Positions 52,974-61,943 of a stretch of 64,000 nucleotides of DNA are shown here, piece after piece. Origin of the DNA: Gammaproteobacteria bacterium (GTDB taxonomy: Bacteria > Pseudomonadota > Gammaproteobacteria > G965277405). Under the pieces are notes generated by a model that was not told the DNA's origin, searched no databases, and was given only the letters and a program-made list of their open reading frames with translations. The stretch spans positions 1,312,001-1,376,000 of the forward strand of contig OZ255726.1 of the NCBI GenBank assembly GCA_965277405.1. The letters run 5' to 3'. Both the position numbers and the translations under genes were made by a program. Within the stretch, counting starts at the first letter, position 1. Each line of letters starts with the position of its first letter.

Positions 52974-55900
52974 ATGCATAGAAACAATCCATCGTCCGCT
53001 AATAATACCCGCCAGCGTTGGCTAATCATACACGCCAGCACCATGGTAATGCGAGCAGTGGTATTGAATGCAGTGGTGTTTAGCACTGCGGTAATGACCG
53101 CCATGGTATTGCTGGCTGCTAGCGTAGCGCATGCAGCGCAGCATGCTGACACCCAGCACTATGCCATCAGCCAAGGTCCGCTCGCCACAGTGCTGGCGGC
53201 ATTCGCTAGCGCGGCAGATATTGGCGTTGATATTGACCACTCGCTCACGGACGGCAAGCACAGCCAAGGTCTCCAAGGTGAGTATGCGCTAACCGCCGCG
53301 CTAGCGTATATTTTGCGCGGCAGCGGGCTGGCAGCGCAGCAACTCGCAAACTCACGTTATGTTATTATTGCTGCCGCTATTGACTCGGCAACAACGAATA
53401 CGCCGAATACGCCAAATACGCTTGCCATCCCCACCCTCACCATTGAAGACTCAGGGGTATCAGGCTATCAGCGTGATGAACAAGGCTACGACGCAGTCTA
53501 CGATAACAACGCTTCCACCGTGTACATGGGTAGAGCAGCAGTCCGCCGCAACGCTGGCACCAACCCTGCCGATTTATTGCAGGGGATGGCTGGGGTATTT
53601 AGCGGCGATGCCCGTAATAGCGGGGCGTTGGATGTCAATATTCGCGGGGTGCAGGGTCCTGGGCGGGTGCCGGTGATTATCGACGGCACCGAGCAGGCTA
53701 TCACCGTCAACCGCGGCTATAACGGCGTGGCTAACCGTAGTTATATCGACCCGAACCTGATCAGTTCGCTGCGCGTCCACAAAGGTGCGAGCAATGCCCG
53801 CGATGTCAATAGCGGCATCGGGGGGGCGCTGGTGGCAACCACGCTCATCCCCGCCGATATAATCAAAGAAGGCGCAGACTCTGGGCTTGAATTAATAATA
53901 ACCAGCGGCAGCAACGCGGTCTCCCCGCGACTCAATAATCCAACGCAGCGGGTGAAAACCCTCAACTCAAAATCACTCGCCGATGAAATCCCGCTGGGCG
54001 GCACAGACTTTGCCTACCGGCTGGCGGTCGCCAACACCTCCGCGCGCTTTGACTTCCTCGCCGCGTACGCCTACCGCCGCCGCGGTAATTACTTTGCGGG
54101 TAGCAACAACGCCGGCTATTATGATGAGCCTGGCTTTTATAATAAGGATGGCTTTTATGATGAAAATGGCAATTTTGACAAAAGGCCTTTCTTTATATCA
54201 AAAGCAACTGGTAAAAGAATTCATGATAGAACGCGCGCCCTAACCACCTACTGGCCAGCAGGCGACGAAGTCACTAATACCTCAAGCGAGATGGGGTCGT
54301 GGTTGTTAAAAAGCAGCTGGCGGGTTGACAATGCGCAAAAAATAGGCTTCAACTTCCGCCAATCGGATTCTTCGTACGGGGATGTCATGCCAGCGTGGCT
54401 CATTACTTCAGATGCTTTTTCACACGGCCGTATCCAGAGGCCGTTGAGCGAGGTCAGCGCGCGCGCGTATAACGTCTCGTACCGCAATACACCCAACGAC
54501 AACCGCTGGCTGGACCTCCACGCCAACCTCTGGCGCACGGATACGTTAGGACACATCTTTAAAACAGGAGGTCCAGCCAAATCGGGCGAAGAAACCGCAC
54601 TTGTCAAAAATGAAGGGTATGTTGATTCTAAGCATACCCGCGATGGCATCACCCTGAGCAATACCATGGATCTCACCAGCACGCTGGCGCTAACCGTCGG
54701 CGGCAATTTCCAGCACGAAAAACTAGCAAGCCTAGATGGTAAATACAATAATACTAGAACAGAGCGCGGAGGGCGGCGGCAGCAATGGGGCGGGAGTACA
54801 ACCCTCGCCTGGCAGCCGAACGAGGCCTTAAAAATCAGCGGCGGGGTGAAGTATTCTGCGTATTGGAGCTTCGACGACCGCCTTAAATATATCATCGATG
54901 CAGGCGGCATCGTTCCAAAATTAGAGAATATTCTAAATAGAAACATTAAATATGAATACACTACCGGTGGGCTGCCGATTTCACCCGAGCGGCGCAGAAA
55001 GTTAATAGAAGAACAGCTTGAAATAGACAATGAAGAGCACAAAGACAAGCAAGATGCAAATATCCATAATGCACAACAGTGCGAAATTGCAAAAGGCTCA
55101 TTCTGGGAAGCTCCCTTATGCGCATATAGCGAGTATAATAGTGTACGACCATACTACGAGCCAGCAAAAATAGAGCATATAAAAGCTAACCCCGATACTC
55201 CTGAAGCGATAGAAGCAGTTAGAAAATACTATGGCAACCCTATCAAAAACCATGAATCCGATGTGCCAATCCCCTTGGTGGCGGATGCCGCTGGCAAGTA
55301 TTCGTTTACTAGCCACCCCTGCTTTAATGGTCAGGTAGAACAGGAAATAGCAGACAAAACAGGTAATGATAAGTCGGTGAAAATAACTAAGTGTCTTACC
55401 GATACCAAAATGCACTTCAGCGAAGCGAAGGTGGAAAAGTTGGAAGAGGACGGCTGGGTGCCGCATTTTGCCGCCAGCTATCAATTTACCCCGTATAGCC
55501 GCGGCTACGTTAAATACAGCGAATTCATCCGCTTCCCGAGTATGTTCGAAAGCACTACTGGGTTTTCTACTGCGCTCGGCCCGGATGGTATTAACAACCC
55601 TGAGCACGCTTATAACTGGGAAATCAGCTATGTCCACGACCTAACCCAATGGTTGACAACCGCTGAATATGCTGACGTCAAGCTGACGTTCTACGATAAC
55701 CTGAGCAAGGGGGTTATTGATCGCGGTCAAGTTTTAAAATATCTTATTAACCTTGACGAAAAAAAGGTCCGCGGGGCAGAATTAACCATGCGCTACGATG
55801 GCGGTCGCGTGTTTAGTAATATTGCTGTCAATTACGTCCTGCATAACGAAGTCTGTGACGAAAGCTTTGCCGTACTTAATTCGATATTGGAATATCGCGT

Positions 55901-56291
55901 ACCCAGCTGCTTTGCATTCGGCAGCCCTAGTGGTGGCTATCAAATCACGCGAGCCACCCCTAAATTATCGGCTAATTGGGCGCTCGGCGGCCGGCTGCTC
56001 GACCGCCGCCTAGAGCTAGGCAGCCAGGTTACATATTATAGCCGCGACGCCAACGCAGACCTAGACGAGTATCATAGGCATTTCGGCATAGATGGTATGA
56101 TGATAACATCTTTTGGCTGGGGCAATACGCTGCTCGTTAACGCCTACGCCAATTATACCGTGAATGCGAACTTGCAAGTTGAATTCGTTGCTGCTAACCT
56201 AACTGATCAATACTACCTCGACCCATTAACCCGTTCGCAGATGCCCGCCCCTGGGCGGACGCTGAAACTGAATTTGACTGGGCGGCTATAA
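52974..56291 (+). CDS. TonB-dependent receptor with N-terminal STN domain (HphR-like heme/hemophore receptor)
   Basis: STN (GPLA-VL--FA...GLQGEY...L-GSGL), plug (NIRGVQGPGRVPVIIDG), R-PS-FE, NLTDQYYLDPL, APGRT end; upstream of a hemophilin-like gene. Confidence 0.9.
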   Translation: MHRNNPSSANNTRQRWLIIHASTMVMRAVVLNAVVFSTAVMTAMVLLAASVAHAAQHADTQHYAISQGPLATVLAAFASAADIGVDIDHSLTDGKHSQGLQGEYALTAALAYILRGSGLAAQQLANSRYVIIAAAIDSATTNTPNTPNTLAIPTLTIEDSGVSGYQRDEQGYDAVYDNNASTVYMGRAAVRRNAGTNPADLLQGMAGVFSGDARNSGALDVNIRGVQGPGRVPVIIDGTEQAITVNRGYNGVANRSYIDPNLISSLRVHKGASNARDVNSGIGGALVATTLIPADIIKEGADSGLELIITSGSNAVSPRLNNPTQRVKTLNSKSLADEIPLGGTDFAYRLAVANTSARFDFLAAYAYRRRGNYFAGSNNAGYYDEPGFYNKDGFYDENGNFDKRPFFISKATGKRIHDRTRALTTYWPAGDEVTNTSSEMGSWLLKSSWRVDNAQKIGFNFRQSDSSYGDVMPAWLITSDAFSHGRIQRPLSEVSARAYNVSYRNTPNDNRWLDLHANLWRTDTLGHIFKTGGPAKSGEETALVKNEGYVDSKHTRDGITLSNTMDLTSTLALTVGGNFQHEKLASLDGKYNNTRTERGGRRQQWGGSTTLAWQPNEALKISGGVKYSAYWSFDDRLKYIIDAGGIVPKLENILNRNIKYEYTTGGLPISPERRRKLIEEQLEIDNEEHKDKQDANIHNAQQCEIAKGSFWEAPLCAYSEYNSVRPYYEPAKIEHIKANPDTPEAIEAVRKYYGNPIKNHESDVPIPLVADAAGKYSFTSHPCFNGQVEQEIADKTGNDKSVKITKCLTDTKMHFSEAKVEKLEEDGWVPHFAASYQFTPYSRGYVKYSEFIRFPSMFESTTGFSTALGPDGINNPEHAYNWEISYVHDLTQWLTTAEYADVKLTFYDNLSKGVIDRGQVLKYLINLDEKKVRGAELTMRYDGGRVFSNIAVNYVLHNEVCDESFAVLNSILEYRVPSCFAFGSPSGGYQITRATPKLSANWALGGRLLDRRLELGSQVTYYSRDANADLDEYHRHFGIDGMMITSFGWGNTLLVNAYANYTVNANLQVEFVAANLTDQYYLDPLTRSQMPAPGRTLKLNLTGRL

Positions 56292-56384
56292 TCGCGCGTG
56301 GTTAAACCTGGCGAAGCAGCCGCTTCGCTAACACTATATTATTTTCATTTTGAAAGTAATTAACCTAAACCATAGGAGAAGTTT

Positions 56385-57227
56385 ATGAAAAAACTACAAT
56401 TATTAACCACCATCGCGCTTGTGGCTAGCGCGCTCGCCGCGCCAGTCCACGCTGAAAGCGAAACTCAGGTAGTTGTCTTTAACTTACACGGAATAGAAGG
56501 TGATTCGTCGAATACTGAGAAAGTGATTGTCGGCCCATCAAATGTAAACTACCCGCCAGATCATAACGTAGGGAAGGCGGGGATTGGTGCTGGATATGGT
56601 ATGAAATCGCAATCTAGGGTAGACTTTGCTGGGTTGGCAGAAGAGGTGCCAGCTGCCCTCAACGGGGTGCATTCGCTGGTTTTCCCGTATGATGGTGCCC
56701 CGAAAAGCCATGATGACTTTGGGGTATTCCAATTTGTTAAAGTAGGCACACACGACGTTTGGTTTGGCGAATGGTCACAAACTGGTGCCTCCAACGACCC
56801 AACCCGTACCGTGTACTACGTCGGCGCTAATGCCGATGATAGTATAACAAGAAGTGATGATAGAGCTGTTTACACGGTGACAGGTATCAATCACTACGCA
56901 GCATTGGATAGCACCGTCCTACGAGGTGAATTCACTGCTAATTTTAGTGCTTTAACCCTAACAGGGTCTATGCGTACTACCAACTTACCTGTCAACTTAC
57001 ATATAAATATTGGCACTGCGAGCATTACCCCCGAAGCTTTGATTGGTAATGGCAGAGTCGTACCATCCGCAAGTATCAGTACATCAACAATATTCCTACC
57101 ATATTTTAATGATGTAGGAGGGGAAATTAACGGGCGGTTCTACAACGGTCAGGCTGACCTCGCTGGCATGGTTACCTTTGCTGGTATGCCTGCATTCGAT
57201 ACAGCGTTTGGTGGTACTAGAAATTAA
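56385..57227 (+). CDS. Slam-exported hemophilin-like protein (HphA/Hpl type)
   Basis: AGGAG RBS, Sec signal (VHA), H--G-F-FVKV--DVWFGEWSQ, YTVTGIN, G-F----LAG, TAFGG TbpB-type barrel end. Confidence 0.8.
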   Translation: MKKLQLLTTIALVASALAAPVHAESETQVVVFNLHGIEGDSSNTEKVIVGPSNVNYPPDHNVGKAGIGAGYGMKSQSRVDFAGLAEEVPAALNGVHSLVFPYDGAPKSHDDFGVFQFVKVGTHDVWFGEWSQTGASNDPTRTVYYVGANADDSITRSDDRAVYTVTGINHYAALDSTVLRGEFTANFSALTLTGSMRTTNLPVNLHINIGTASITPEALIGNGRVVPSASISTSTIFLPYFNDVGGEINGRFYNGQADLAGMVTFAGMPAFDTAFGGTRN

Positions 57228-57232
57228 TAATC

Positions 57233-58747
57233 TTGTTAGTTATTAAATTCAAGCCGCGCCTGCAATTGCAGGCGCGGTTTTTTTTGCTGTATTGCATCCT
57301 GTTGCTGCTGCTCCCAGCCGTCGCCGCAGCTGCTGATAGCCAGTTGCCTAGTAGGTTGCCTAGCAACGCTAGCAGCGACCAAGCCACCGACCAACCGCGT
57401 AATAGCAGCCAGCAGCAGTTACTACATGCCGACAGCGCAGCACGCCGCGCCATCATTATCGACGGTAAATCTTATCCTATCCAAGACAACGTCAATGACC
57501 TCGGCAGGGCGTTGTATATGTCAATCCAACAACAACACTGGGCAGACGTCGAGTATTATTTGGCAAAATACCAAACCCTCGCCAACGCCGACGCGTTATT
57601 ATTGGCGTATGCCCGCGGCACGCTCGCCAGAATACGCGGTGATATGCAACAAGCAGCAGCCCAATACCGCAAATTAGTCGAGTTGAACCCTGACTTTTTC
57701 CCAGGCCAGCTCGAATTAGCCCGCGTGCTGTTTGCCGACCATCACAACCAACAAGCTAAGCAGCTATTTGCGCAAATAGCCGACCAACTCGACCCTAGCA
57801 ATACCAAGCACGCCAACATCATTAGTTCGGTGGAGAATTTCACCGAAGCCTTGCAACGCCGGCATACTTGGCAAAGCTCAGACGCGCTGGGCACAATCTG
57901 GACCGATAACCTCAACCATTCATCGCAGAGTTATACTTGCTTTGCATCTTTTCGCGGTCGGTGCTTTTCCGAGCGACAAACCCCTGATGCGATTAGCGCG
58001 CATGGCATTGACTACCAATTGACATTAAACCGCCAAGTGTCAATTAGTGGGCAGCATGGCATCTACTTTCGTGCGCAGTTATCCGCGCAACGTTATCAAG
58101 ACTACCCTGATTACAATCAAACAATCATGACTAATCAAATAGGTTATGCCTTTGAGAATTATGCTGATTATATCAGCCTGGCGCCTGCGTATGAATTTCT
58201 TGAGTATGGTAACGCGACGTTCTACCGCGCTTGGGGCGTGCATGCACAGTGGAGACGCAAGCTATCGACCACGCAGATGTTCAAACTAACAGCTGACTAT
58301 AAACAACTCAAGTATGCAGAACAACCACGGCAGCGGCATAACGGTGCTGCGTTTTCGCTAAATTTCAGCGCCTGGCAAAGCCTCGCGGATAACTGGATGC
58401 TAATTAGCGGGGTGGATTGGTTGGAGATAACAGCAACAGAAAAAACTGAATCTTATAACAAACTGGGGCTAAGATTCGGTGCGTCGAAACAGTTTGCTGC
58501 TGGTATTCAGGTGGTGTTGCTCACCGCTGCCAGCCAACGCAGTAATCATAAGTTTAGCACAATCCTCGGTGCCAAACGCAATGACATAGTCAAAAATGCT
58601 ACCTTGACTATAACCGCAGCTAAATTCCCTATCGGCAGTTTTACCCCTACCATAACCCTGCACCAGCGCAGCACGCGCAGCAACATAGATTGGCTATACA
58701 GTAGCCAAAGCAATAACATCAAACTGCAACTAACAAGAAACTTCTAA
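57233..58747 (+). CDS. Slam/DUF560 outer-membrane translocon (type XI secretion)
   Basis: Signal peptide, N-terminal TPR (LELARVLF), beta-barrel C-terminus ending in F; directly after the hemophilin-like gene; start uncertain. Confidence 0.8.
   Translation: MLVIKFKPRLQLQARFFLLYCILLLLLPAVAAAADSQLPSRLPSNASSDQATDQPRNSSQQQLLHADSAARRAIIIDGKSYPIQDNVNDLGRALYMSIQQQHWADVEYYLAKYQTLANADALLLAYARGTLARIRGDMQQAAAQYRKLVELNPDFFPGQLELARVLFADHHNQQAKQLFAQIADQLDPSNTKHANIISSVENFTEALQRRHTWQSSDALGTIWTDNLNHSSQSYTCFASFRGRCFSERQTPDAISAHGIDYQLTLNRQVSISGQHGIYFRAQLSAQRYQDYPDYNQTIMTNQIGYAFENYADYISLAPAYEFLEYGNATFYRAWGVHAQWRRKLSTTQMFKLTADYKQLKYAEQPRQRHNGAAFSLNFSAWQSLADNWMLISGVDWLEITATEKTESYNKLGLRFGASKQFAAGIQVVLLTAASQRSNHKFSTILGAKRNDIVKNATLTITAAKFPIGSFTPTITLHQRSTRSNIDWLYSSQSNNIKLQLTRNF
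57254..57285 (+). terminator. Intrinsic terminator after the hemophilin-like gene
   Basis: Perfect palindrome CCGCGCCTGCAA-TTGCAGGCGCGG followed by T8. Confidence 0.75.
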
Positions 58748-58748
58748 T

Positions 58749-60050
58749 ATGAGCCGTCCAACCGCAATTTTTATTATTTTATTATTGTTAAGCCCGTGCA
58801 TCCCCGCAGCCGGTGATTGGCAGACCTTGCAAAATACTGCCACCAGCTTATACCAGCAGGGTGACTATGCACAAGCCGCGGTACAGCTGCAGCAGGCGAT
58901 TACTCGTGCTGAACAAGCCGATAATGGCGATAAATATAAAGTTAGTAGCCTTAATTTACTCGCGTTTGTGTATCTGGCTACAGGCGATCAGCAACGCGCA
59001 TTAGCAACGCTTGCACAAGCTATAATCATTGCCCGTAAGGTATACCCTAATTCCCACCCGACCTTGGCAATAATGTTGTTCAATACAGGCGATTTTCTCG
59101 AACAAGCCGGCCAAGCAGAACAAGCCCTGCATGCGTATCAGGCGGCGTGGGCAATCCAGCGACAAGATGTGGTTAAATACGCTGATGCTGCACTGAAAAC
59201 AGCCGACGCCTTGGTGGCAATACACAATTCCCAGCAACATTATCAGCGCAGCGTGGCGATTGCCACAACGATTCTGACGCCGTATACCAACACCAAGCCA
59301 ACCGCGTTTAATGAATCGTTGCGGCAGATTAGCTATGCGCTGGCGCAGGCACAGTTGCAATTGCACCACCGGGAATTAGCCCAACAAGCGCTAGCGCAAC
59401 AGCTACGCCGTGACCAAGCGACATTGACCGCATTCGATAGTCGTATCGCTGATACTTTAGAAAGGCTAGCCGCCAGTTTTGATGGGCAAAACCCGCAAGC
59501 CGCGCTGCCGCTACGTGAACAGGCGATGCAGATCAGAAACCATAATAATACGCCGACATTAACGAATGTGATGAATCTTAACGAAGTCGCGCTCGACAAA
59601 CTCGCAGCAGGGTTGTTGCCACAAGCACGCACGCTGTATCACCGCGCCCTAGCAATATTAAAACAACTCCACCTGGAACACAGTATCGAGCAGGCGTTAA
59701 TTTTAGGGAACTTAGCGAGTGTTGAAGATGGCTTAAAAGATAAAGACAAGGCCCTCGAATTGTATTTAGCCAGCCTCAAACTCCACCAGCAATTCCCCCA
59801 ACAGCCACAACAAGCCGCGAATATCGCTGGCAGAGCCGCTGCTATTTATTACGGCAGACGTAAATATGCAGAAGCAGAGCCGTTGTTTTTGCAGTCCTTC
59901 GAGTTACTCGAAAGTAGCGAGGCGGCTATCGCAGCGCTCAAAGTAGCGTTAGAAAACCTAATCAACGTGTACGATGCCTTAGGCAAACAACAACAAAAAA
60001 AAATATATATCGAAAAGCTGCTAGCACTCGATGCGGACAACCCCCGCTGA
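58749..60050 (+). CDS. Exported tetratricopeptide-repeat protein
   Basis: Signal peptide; repeats such as SLNLLA-Y---G, HPTLA--LFN-G, YAEAEPLF--S (kinesin-light-chain-type TPR). Confidence 0.75.
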   Translation: MSRPTAIFIILLLLSPCIPAAGDWQTLQNTATSLYQQGDYAQAAVQLQQAITRAEQADNGDKYKVSSLNLLAFVYLATGDQQRALATLAQAIIIARKVYPNSHPTLAIMLFNTGDFLEQAGQAEQALHAYQAAWAIQRQDVVKYADAALKTADALVAIHNSQQHYQRSVAIATTILTPYTNTKPTAFNESLRQISYALAQAQLQLHHRELAQQALAQQLRRDQATLTAFDSRIADTLERLAASFDGQNPQAALPLREQAMQIRNHNNTPTLTNVMNLNEVALDKLAAGLLPQARTLYHRALAILKQLHLEHSIEQALILGNLASVEDGLKDKDKALELYLASLKLHQQFPQQPQQAANIAGRAAAIYYGRRKYAEAEPLFLQSFELLESSEAAIAALKVALENLINVYDALGKQQQKKIYIEKLLALDADNPR

Positions 60051-60080
60051 ATAAGGCTGGAACTGCTAACAGCTAGTTAG

Positions 60081-61292
60081 GGAAGCTCTGATTAAGACTC
60101 GCATATACTCCAAGAACTCGCATATACTCCAAAAAAGTAATAGCAATAATTTCAATGGTCAATATTTGACCATTTCGCTGATATGCTGTAGCTGTTTTAC
60201 TGTTTTTTACTGTTTTTCTTGAATTTTTGGCGGTTCTATCCTGTTAGTCGTCCGCGCAGCATGTATAAGTTCGTCAATGCCAGCAAAGAAAATACTTGTA
60301 CTCGGTTCTTTTCTAGTCCTTTGTAGCGAGCTTTCTTATAACCAAACTGACATTTGATTACCCGAAAACAGTGCTCAATCCGGGCGCGCACCTTAGAGTT
60401 CTGTGTATTGCGTTGGCGCTGCGAGGTGCTCATTTGCTGCTTTGGTTTACGTTTATCATTCACGCGCCAATCTATCCCAAGGTGGCGCGAGCCGCGTTTA
60501 TAACTGTCGCTCGTATATCCTGCATCGGCAAAGATAACCTTATCTGTTTCACGCAGCAATTTGGGGAGTTCATTGATGTCCGCTTCATTCGCGGCTGTCG
60601 TGGTAGGCATTGCCGCGCTATGAATCATATTGCTATTAGCGTCAGTTGCTATATGCATTTTCATGCCAAAATACCACTGATTGCCTTTCCTTGTTTGCTG
60701 CATTTCAGGATCCCGTTTTTTCTCTTTATTCTTCGTAGATGATGGCGCATTGATGGTCGTGGCAGCAACCATTGTCCCTGGTGAGATTATTATATTATTT
60801 TCCATACAATACTCATTCACGACAGCAAGTATCTTGACGCTGAGTTGATGTTTTTCTATGATCCTGCGGGCAAGTTCAAGATGGTGGTTTCAGCAGGGAT
60901 GGCATAGTCTATCAGCTCTATATGGGCAAAACGCCGCATGCTTTCCATGTCATATAGTGCTTCTTCTACCCCTGGGTTTGATAAGTTGTACCATTGCTGT
61001 AAAAAATACATGCGTAACATGGTCTGCATATTCATTGGTGGTCCGGGCCATTCTCTTTCTTTGGATAATGCGGTTCTATTAACTCTAACAACCGTTGCCA
61101 TGGAGCTAATTTGTCCATCAACTGCAAGAATTTTTTTTGGTTTCGTTGTTACTTTCTTGTGGTCGTATGCAGCACTGGCAAAAGTTGTTTGTTGCATAAG
61201 ATTATCCGCTTATTCAAATATTCAAATAGATTATCTCTTTGTATATCTTGCTAGCTGATATTGCTGTTGTTTGGGATTTAATCAGAGATTCC
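60081..61292 (-). mobile_element. IS5-family insertion sequence (1212 bp), inactive
   Basis: TIRs ggaagctctgattaag / tttaatcagagattcc; flanks TTAG/TTAA; contains IS5 transposase remnants. Confidence 0.9.
60236..61197 (-). pseudogene. IS5 transposase pseudogene
   Basis: Split ORFs 60856-61197 and 60236-60820; LIEPHYPK lies in another frame; RDPEM-QT-KGNQWYFGMK-H, DAGY, RARIEH-F; first catalytic Asp reads VAAT instead of VDAT. Confidence 0.9.
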
Positions 61293-61296
61293 TTAA

Positions 61297-61586
61297 GGAA
61301 GCTCTGATTAAGTCCATGATGGGCGAGACGGAGAAAAAACGCTGATGATAACTAGACACAGTGCGCAGATAATACTGGTGGTCTTGTGGGTGTCGTCGCC
61401 AAGTGCTGCAACGACGTTAGCGCAGCGTTTTTTCCCGTCGTTGTGTTGAATATACTTATGGTTTGCGGCAGCGGTACTTGCTGTGTTGCATCCCTTGGCG
61501 TATAGCTAGGTCATGCGCTTAGCGCCTTTGCAATCATCAGCAATTGCCAGCAAACTCGCCCCATCAGCGACTTAATCAGAGCTTCC
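61297..61586 (-). mobile_element. MITE, full copy (290 bp), abutting the IS5 end
   Basis: Perfect TIRs ggaagctctgattaag / cttaatcagagcttcc; flanks TTAA (shared with the IS) and CTAG. Confidence 0.92.
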
Positions 61587-61718
61587 CTAGGCGCTATACC
61601 ACAACATCAGCTATTTCCCTGCGCTGCAATCGCGCCTGCAACGGGTAAATTACTACCCCAAGTAATCCTCCCAATCCGCGCGGCAACACGCTAGCCAAGA
61701 AGCAATATTCTGTGCATT

Positions 61719-61760
61719 GATACCCGATACCCGATACCCGATACCCGATACCCGATACCC
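61719..61760. repeat. (GATACCC)6 heptamer tract upstream of receptor 2
   Basis: Direct reading. Confidence 0.92.
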
Positions 61761-61800
61761 GAGCGCCGCTGTACTCAGCAATCCAGCGCCAAGAGCGGCG

Positions 61801-61831
61801 GATAATACTTAATGAGAATTATTAGCATTTA
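61801..61831. promoter_or_regulatory. Fur box upstream of receptor 2
   Basis: Identical to 52880-52910. Confidence 0.75.
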
Positions 61832-61943
61832 GTTATTGCTTTAATGTTTAATCGACTGTAATTTATGATTTTGGCAATTAGACAGGAAAGCAATGCGAGC
61901 AACCCACCCACCTTCCGTTAATAACTCCTGAGTTTGCATAGCA

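Larger units (their letters stand above)
61587..61845 (+). repeat. Near-identical copy of the receptor 1 upstream region (52687-52924)
   Basis: ctaggcgctataccacaacatcagc... through the Fur box is shared; offset 8900 bp at the start. Confidence 0.93.

Noticed and set aside
54248-55637. Long antisense ORFs (266 aa, 173 aa) opposite receptor 1, and similar shadow ORFs elsewhere
   Set aside because: They lie fully opposite well-supported genes and have no recognisable motifs.
7101-61586. CRISPR array or integron attC sites as the explanation for the repeats
   Set aside because: Copies are dispersed and have IS5-type TIRs and target duplications; no spacers, cas genes or integrase.
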